The notes beneath the pieces are model-generated. The model worked only from the letters and a program-made list of their open reading frames with translations. It was not told where the DNA came from and searched no databases. A program made the translations under genes and the position numbers. From positions 4,404-68,403 of the forward strand of contig MHDZ01000033.1 of NCBI GenBank assembly GCA_001805055.1: a stretch of DNA of 64,000 nucleotides. Reading direction: 5' to 3'. The DNA comes from Nitrospirae bacterium GWC2_57_13 (GTDB lineage: Bacteria; Nitrospirota; UBA9217). Each line of letters starts with the position of its first letter. The stretch's first letter is position 1. This document shows, piece by piece, positions 58,659 through 64,000 of this stretch.

Positions 58659-59699
58659 TCAGAACTCGATGTTCGGCCTGAGGATGAACTGGAACTCATC
58701 GTTCTGCCGGTTCGTCCCGAGGCTGCCTGTGTATTTCTTCGCCGACTCCCAGACGAAACCGACCGCAAGGGCGGGAGCCATCTTCCGGCTCTCGAGGGGC
58801 CATTTCTTCTCAATGAAAAAATAGTGGCGAATGGCGCTGAAAGTCCTGCGGTCCATGTCGAAGGTGTATTCGAATCCGCTGTTATCGAGGAACGAGGACC
58901 GTGACGGCTTGTAGTCGAGCCTGCTCCGGCGCATGGACAGGAACAGGATGTCCGTGATCTCAGGATGTTCATGAAGCTTCAGGCCGAGACGGAAACTCCA
59001 GCTCAGCTTCCGTTCCGGCGATTTCCGGTCTCCCTTGACCTTCCATTCGAATTCCCGCCAGTTGTCCCGTATCAGCACGTTGTCCTTGATGTGGCGATCT
59101 CCAACGCTCATCAGGAGGCCCGAGTAGCCCTTGCCTTTCACATCCGGCTTTTCCGGAATATCGAAATCCACCACGTTCCCAAAAAAGAGCGAGACTGCGT
59201 AGGGCTCCTGGAACCCGGCGGTCACCGCCTTCACCCAGTTGAAGCTCCCTGAAACCTCGGCATTGTCATAGAACCGGGTGTGGTTCTTGCGTATATACGC
59301 GCCCGCGTAAGGCAGAGGGTTCACACTGGCTTCGAGCACCATGAAGCGGGGGATAAGGGACCCCGATAGGAGCGCCTGGTAGATCTCCGCCTCTTTTTTC
59401 TCGCCGAGCTGGGGGATGGGCTTGCTGGTGAGCGCCAGGAAAAGAGCGACGTTTGAATAGTAGGCGTCCGTTTCAATTTCCAGGTCGAACCATCGCTCGC
59501 GGCCTTTTTCGTTTGTTGCTGCTCGGTCTGTCTGCTGTTCGTCAGAGTGTTCTGCAGAGACGGGAAAGGGAAGGAAAAGTACCAGGAGCAACAGAAGGAG
59601 GGCAGGGTAAGAATATCGTCTGGGCATTACTGCGACTGACTGGGCCATGGAAGTAGTATAGCATACCGCGACACGAAGGCCGCAACCAAAATCCGCCAC
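58659..59699 (-). CDS. outer-membrane beta-barrel protein, hypothetical
   Basis: Signal peptide. Alternating amphipathic beta-strand pattern. C-terminal Phe (...RPNIEF). The start may lie at an internal Met. Confidence 0.5.
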   Translation of the reverse strand: MADFGCGLRVAVCYTTSMAQSVAVMPRRYSYPALLLLLLVLFLPFPVSAEHSDEQQTDRAATNEKGRERWFDLEIETDAYYSNVALFLALTSKPIPQLGEKKEAEIYQALLSGSLIPRFMVLEASVNPLPYAGAYIRKNHTRFYDNAEVSGSFNWVKAVTAGFQEPYAVSLFFGNVVDFDIPEKPDVKGKGYSGLLMSVGDRHIKDNVLIRDNWREFEWKVKGDRKSPERKLSWSFRLGLKLHEHPEITDILFLSMRRSRLDYKPSRSSFLDNSGFEYTFDMDRRTFSAIRHYFFIEKKWPLESRKMAPALAVGFVWESAKKYTGSLGTNRQNDEFQFILRPNIEF

Positions 59700-59959
59700 C
59701 CCCGCTCCGTGTCATACATCTTATTGCTGCGGGACGGAGACGGAGGAAGACTCGCCCCGCCCGTCTCATATAAAATAGGACGCGGGACGGGGAAGGCGCG
59801 AAGAAAGACAATAAACAGATGAAGATCTTGCCTTGTGAAATGATTTCAGCTCTTACTTCGTGCCTTAGCGCCTTTGTGACAAGTTTTGGTTTAAAGAAAA
59901 GCCGGCGAGCTTATCACGTTTTGAGGATAAGCAGCATACACGGTCGGGCCAGAACAGCC

Positions 59960-62900
59960 TCAGGCCATAACAGCCTCGCGCAGCTTCACGGACATGATGC
60001 GCGAGCAGCCCGGCTCCTCCATGGTGATCCCGTAGAGCGCGTCGGCCGTCTCCATGGTCCGTTTGTTGTGGGTGATCAGGATGAACTGGGAGCGGCTGCT
60101 CATTTCCCTCAGCAGGCGCGTGAAGCGCGTCACGTTCGATTCGTCGAGAGGCGCGTCCACTTCGTCGAGCATGCAGAAGGGGCTCGGCTTCACCAGGAAG
60201 GCCGCGAAGAGCAGCGCGATGGCTGTGAGCGCCCGTTCTCCGCCCGACAGGAGTGTGATGCTCTGGAACTTCTTGCCCCGGGGCTGGGCCACGATCTCGA
60301 TGCCCGACTCAAGAATATTGGCCTCGTCCAGCAGGACCAGCTCGGCCTTGCCGCCCTCGAAGAGCAAGGAGAAGACCTCCTTGAACTTTTCGTGAATGGC
60401 GTTGTAGGCCTCGAGGAAGAGCTCCCGCGTTTCGCCGTCGAGTTTCGCGATGGTCTTCCGCAGGTTCTCCATGGATTCAGTGATGTCCTGCTGCTGCGCG
60501 CTCAGGAGATCGTGTCGTTCCTTCAGGTCAGCGTACTCCTGCAGCGCGTCCACGTTGATGGGGCCCATCTGGTCGATCTTCTGGCGCAGTTCGTCGACGC
60601 GGGCCTTCGCCTCGTCCACATTCAGTTCGAACTGTCCGAGCTCGCGTACAACGGCCTCGAGCTCCACATGGTAGCCCGTCCAGATAGCGTCCTTCAAATG
60701 TTCGATCTTCATACGGAGCTCGGTCCGCTTCACTTCGTTCGCTGAGAGCCGCTTCTGGGCCGCCTCGATGTCGTGCCGGACCTCCTTTGCCTGCTCCTCA
60801 ATGCCCCGGAGACCGTCGGCGGATTCGCGGTACGCCTCCTGCCTGGCAACGAGCACCTCCCGGTCCGCGTCGCGGACCACGATGCGATCCTTGATCTCCG
60901 CTTCGGCCTCGGTGATCGCCTTTTCAGACTCCTGCAGTTTCACGACGATATCGGCCAGTTCCTTCTCTCGGCCGTCCAGCCGATTCTGAAGCTCCCTGCC
61001 TGAGTGCTCAAGCTGCGCGGCGTTCGCGGCGGCAGCATCCTGCTTTTCCTGGAGCGACGCGACGGCCATGCGCAGCTCGGTGATCTCGGCGCGGGCCGAT
61101 TCGAGCGATTCCTTCTGGTCGGTCAGATCTTTCTGGAGGGATTCGATGGCGGCCTGGGCCGAGGATTTACCGTCCTCGAGACCTTGGAGCAGGACCGTTG
61201 ATCGCTCGATACTCGCGGCCAGTTCTGTCCGGCGCTCCGCGCGGCCTGCTGCTTCATCGGCAAGGGCAGCAACGCGCTGGCTTGTACGCGCCGTCTCATC
61301 GCGAAGTGAAGCTGCGTCCTTCTCCCTGTTCACAAGTTCGATCTCGGTCTGGTGGATCTCACGGGAAAGCTCCGCCTCCCGCGCCTTGTTGTCGTCATGA
61401 GAGCGTTCCAGCTCCCGGACCCCGGCCACGAGCTCTTCAACGCGGCGGGAGAGAGCGGCTGTTTCCTGCTCCAGGTCCTTGATCTCTCGCCGCTTCGCCA
61501 GGATGCCCCGTCCGCCTGCGTCTGCGGTGGTGCCGCCGGTGACCGCGCCCCAGGGGTCCACGATCTCGCCGTCGAGGGTCACGAGGGTCTTGTGGAACCC
61601 GTTGTGCTCCCAGAGATGCAGGGCGGTCTGCATGGTGTCCACGACCACCACGTCGCCCAGCAGGTACTGGGCCAGGTCGTTGAAGTTATCTTTGCAGCGC
61701 ACCACCTGCAGCGCCGGTCCGATCACGCCGCTGTGGCCGTTCTTCACAAAGGCCTCGGTCTTGATCTCCCGGGGCGATCGGGGCACGAAGGTGCTGCGGC
61801 CGCCGCTTTTGCTCTTCAGAAAGTCGATTGCCTTGAGGGAATCGGTCTGGGAATCGACCACCACATACTGCAGCCGGTCGCCCAGCACCGCCTCGATGGC
61901 CGCTTCGTACCGTGGTTCCGTCTCGAGCATGTCCGCCACGAGGCCGTGGATCTTTCCCAACCGCTCGCCGTTGCCGTTCTCTTTCCGGGCCGACATGACG
62001 GTCTGCACGCCTTTCTGGTAGCCTTCCAGGCTCTGCTCCAGCTCCAGGAGCGAACGGAGCCGGGAGTTCCTGTCCGACAGCCGGTCCTTGGCCTCGCCGA
62101 GGTTCGTTTCGGCCGTCTTTTTATTTGCCGTGGTCTCTTCGATGCGAGCGATGATGCTGCGGCGCTCTTCCTGCAGCGCGTCCCCGCGCTCCGCTATCTC
62201 GGCGAGTTCGCGCTCTCTCGTCTGGAGCGCGAGAGTGCTTTCCTGAAGGCGTTGTTCGAGCTCACCAGTCTCTTTGCGGCCCCGCTCCGATTCCTCGTCG
62301 AGCTGGCTAAGGCGGGCCTGAAAAGTGGTGATCCGCGAGTGTTCAGCCGCTGACTCGGTCACGGCCGAGTATACTCCTGCCCGGGTCTCTTCCAGCTGCT
62401 GCTCCTTGCTGCGCAGGTTCTCTGCAAGGCCTTCGATGACCGTGGTCCGCTGTTTCAGCCGGCCGTTCTTCTCCTCCATGGCCGAGGCCATGGTCCGCTG
62501 TTCTTCCGCGCCCCGGGACCGGGCCTCGGCAACGCGCGCGATCTCCTGGGTGAGATATTCCCGGTCGGCAAGATCGCGGGCCCGTTGGTCCGTAAGGGAC
62601 GCGATCTGGCTTTTCGACATCTCAACGCGGTGTTCGGCGCGGGCCAGGGCGCTCTCGGTCTCGTGGATCCTGTTCTGGAGCGTCGTAAGCTCCCGTTCAG
62701 CGGCCAGGGCGTCGGCGCGCGCCTCTTCAATGGCCGACTCGGCCTTGCTGAGGGAAGCGTGCAGTTCCGTTGATCCGTTCTCGAGGCTGCGGAACTCCTC
62801 GGTTGCAGCGTTCCATCCGAGCCCGAGGTTCGAGTACTCCACGGCGGACAGGCGATAATCCAGGTCCTTCATCTCGGACCGCAGTTTCTGGTACCGTTCG

Positions 62901-63544
62901 GCCTTCTTGGCCTGGCGGTCGAGAGAATTGACCTGCCGCTTCACCTCGCTCAAAATATCGTTCACGCGGACCTGGTTCTGCTGGGTTGATTCGAGCTTGC
63001 TCAGGGCCTCCTGCCGCCGGGCCTTGTACTTCATCACGCCCGCCGCTTCCTCAAAGAGGAACCGCCGGTCCTGGGGCTTGGACGACAGGATCTGGTCGAC
63101 GCGGTCCTGCTCGATGATGGCATGGACCTTGGCGCCCACGCCGGCGTCCATCATCAGGTCGCGGATGTCCTTCAGACGGCAGGGGATCTTGTTGATGTGA
63201 TATTCGCTCTCGCCGGAGCGGAAGAGCCGGCGGGTGATCTCGATCTCGTTGTAGTCGCCGAATCCCGGAGGAAGCTGGCCCGCCATATCGGTCAGCGTCA
63301 GGGTGACCTCGGCCATGCCCGTGGGCTTGCGGCTCTCTGTCCCGTTGAAGATGACGTCCTCCATCTTGTCGCCCCGCAGGTGCTTGGCGCTCTGTTCGCC
63401 CAGTACCCAGCGGATGCCGTCGGAAATATTGCTCTTTCCGCACCCGTTGGGGCCGACCACGGCGGTTATGCCGGGCTGGAACACGACGGAGGTCTTGTCG
63501 GCAAAGGATTTGAAGCCGGTCATCGTGAGGGACTTGAGCTGCAT
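59960..63544 (-). CDS. smc: chromosome segregation protein SMC
   Basis: Walker A GPNGCGKSN at the N-terminus, long coiled coils, a hinge, and a C-terminal signature LSGGE + Walker B. 1194 aa. Confidence 0.9.
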   Translation of the reverse strand: MQLKSLTMTGFKSFADKTSVVFQPGITAVVGPNGCGKSNISDGIRWVLGEQSAKHLRGDKMEDVIFNGTESRKPTGMAEVTLTLTDMAGQLPPGFGDYNEIEITRRLFRSGESEYHINKIPCRLKDIRDLMMDAGVGAKVHAIIEQDRVDQILSSKPQDRRFLFEEAAGVMKYKARRQEALSKLESTQQNQVRVNDILSEVKRQVNSLDRQAKKAERYQKLRSEMKDLDYRLSAVEYSNLGLGWNAATEEFRSLENGSTELHASLSKAESAIEEARADALAAERELTTLQNRIHETESALARAEHRVEMSKSQIASLTDQRARDLADREYLTQEIARVAEARSRGAEEQRTMASAMEEKNGRLKQRTTVIEGLAENLRSKEQQLEETRAGVYSAVTESAAEHSRITTFQARLSQLDEESERGRKETGELEQRLQESTLALQTRERELAEIAERGDALQEERRSIIARIEETTANKKTAETNLGEAKDRLSDRNSRLRSLLELEQSLEGYQKGVQTVMSARKENGNGERLGKIHGLVADMLETEPRYEAAIEAVLGDRLQYVVVDSQTDSLKAIDFLKSKSGGRSTFVPRSPREIKTEAFVKNGHSGVIGPALQVVRCKDNFNDLAQYLLGDVVVVDTMQTALHLWEHNGFHKTLVTLDGEIVDPWGAVTGGTTADAGGRGILAKRREIKDLEQETAALSRRVEELVAGVRELERSHDDNKAREAELSREIHQTEIELVNREKDAASLRDETARTSQRVAALADEAAGRAERRTELAASIERSTVLLQGLEDGKSSAQAAIESLQKDLTDQKESLESARAEITELRMAVASLQEKQDAAAANAAQLEHSGRELQNRLDGREKELADIVVKLQESEKAITEAEAEIKDRIVVRDADREVLVARQEAYRESADGLRGIEEQAKEVRHDIEAAQKRLSANEVKRTELRMKIEHLKDAIWTGYHVELEAVVRELGQFELNVDEAKARVDELRQKIDQMGPINVDALQEYADLKERHDLLSAQQQDITESMENLRKTIAKLDGETRELFLEAYNAIHEKFKEVFSLLFEGGKAELVLLDEANILESGIEIVAQPRGKKFQSITLLSGGERALTAIALLFAAFLVKPSPFCMLDEVDAPLDESNVTRFTRLLREMSSRSQFILITHNKRTMETADALYGITMEEPGCSRIMSVKLREAVMA

Positions 63545-63821
63545 AGGTCTCCTTAATAAAGGCAGAGGGCAGGGTGCAAGGGGCCGGTGAACAAAAAAAG
63601 CTTAAGAAACAGATCGCAAGGCTGTACAGAGCGCCCTGTGCGCCATGCTCTTTGCTCTATGCTTGTTTGACGATGGTATATAGCACAAGAAACGGGGTTT
63701 GTAAAGATTAAAATATCAAGGTAAGGTATTGATTTTCGGCTCCTATACTACATATTGTGGTTTTTGGCGGTTTCTTTTGGGGGGAAAGGACCCCGGAAAA
63801 GGCCTGATCAGCGCTGGAATA

Positions 63822-64000
63822 TCATATTTCCCGCTCCTCCAGGCGGCGCAGGCCCATGCGCAGAGGCAGCAGCAGGGCCAGCAGGTTCAGGACCAGCACC
63901 AGCACAAAGGAGAGGGTGATCCAGGCCCAGCCCGAGGCAGGAATGGTCCGGCCCATCGTCTGGGCCGTAAAGATGCGGTACACGGGCCAGGCCTCGAGGG
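63822..64000 (-). CDS. membrane protein, C-terminal fragment (gene continues beyond the window)
   Basis: Open frame on the minus strand ending at a TGA at 63822. It encodes a hydrophobic C-terminus ...LSFVLVLVLNLLALLLPLRMGLRRLEEREI. Confidence 0.35.
   Translation of the reverse strand, partial: LEAWPVYRIFTAQTMGRTIPASGWAWITLSFVLVLVLNLLALLLPLRMGLRRLEEREI

Noticed and set aside
59819-62353. Several plus-strand ORFs (308 aa, 333 aa and others)
   Set aside because: All are antisense to the 1194-aa smc gene.

Overview
This 64-kb window is a roughly 62% GC chromosomal segment, probably from a Geobacter/Desulfuromonadota-like anaerobe. The taxonomic guess rests on a PpcA-like triheme cytochrome c7, the aro-cmk-ispH-rpsA-sppA-ihfB gene order, multiheme cytochromes and Sec machinery; it is an inference, not a database result. 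Gene order along the window: a 5'-truncated alpha-2-macroglobulin gene with pbpC; a split TauE/SafE transporter with a DUF169 gene; lexA and a Y-family polymerase (dinB-type) separated by an AT-rich islet carrying a BrnT/BrnA toxin-antitoxin pair; an RRM/cold-shock pair; an aromatic amino-acid block (pheA, hisC-family, DAHP synthase, tyrA, aroA); cmk-ispH-rpsA-sppA-ihfB; a large respiratory region (28-50 kb); a hand-folded tRNA-Sec (selC) beside a KefB-type antiporter, selB and selA; then a TlpA-like protein, a GT51 transglycosylase, an outer-membrane protein and smc. The respiratory region holds two different Rieske/cytochrome b complexes, an Mbh-ordered Mrp antiporter of about 12 genes, hemL, two tandem tetraheme-c/NrfC-like/NrfD-like modules preceded by AtpZ/AtpI-like genes, a pentaheme, an 11-heme and a c7 cytochrome (28 CxxCH motifs in total). 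The most unusual unexplained signal is a family of mosaic MITE/BIME-like intergenic repeats at four loci, two of which bracket the dinB-type gene. Its core motif (GGACRCGGA) recurs in GC-rich hairpins elsewhere. The lexA promoter has a perfect sigma70 consensus with a Cheo-type GAAC-N4-GTTC palindrome in the spacer. No CRISPR array, rRNA or intact transposase gene was seen. All calls come from reading the six-frame translations and the nucleotide sequence by eye; no database search was run.
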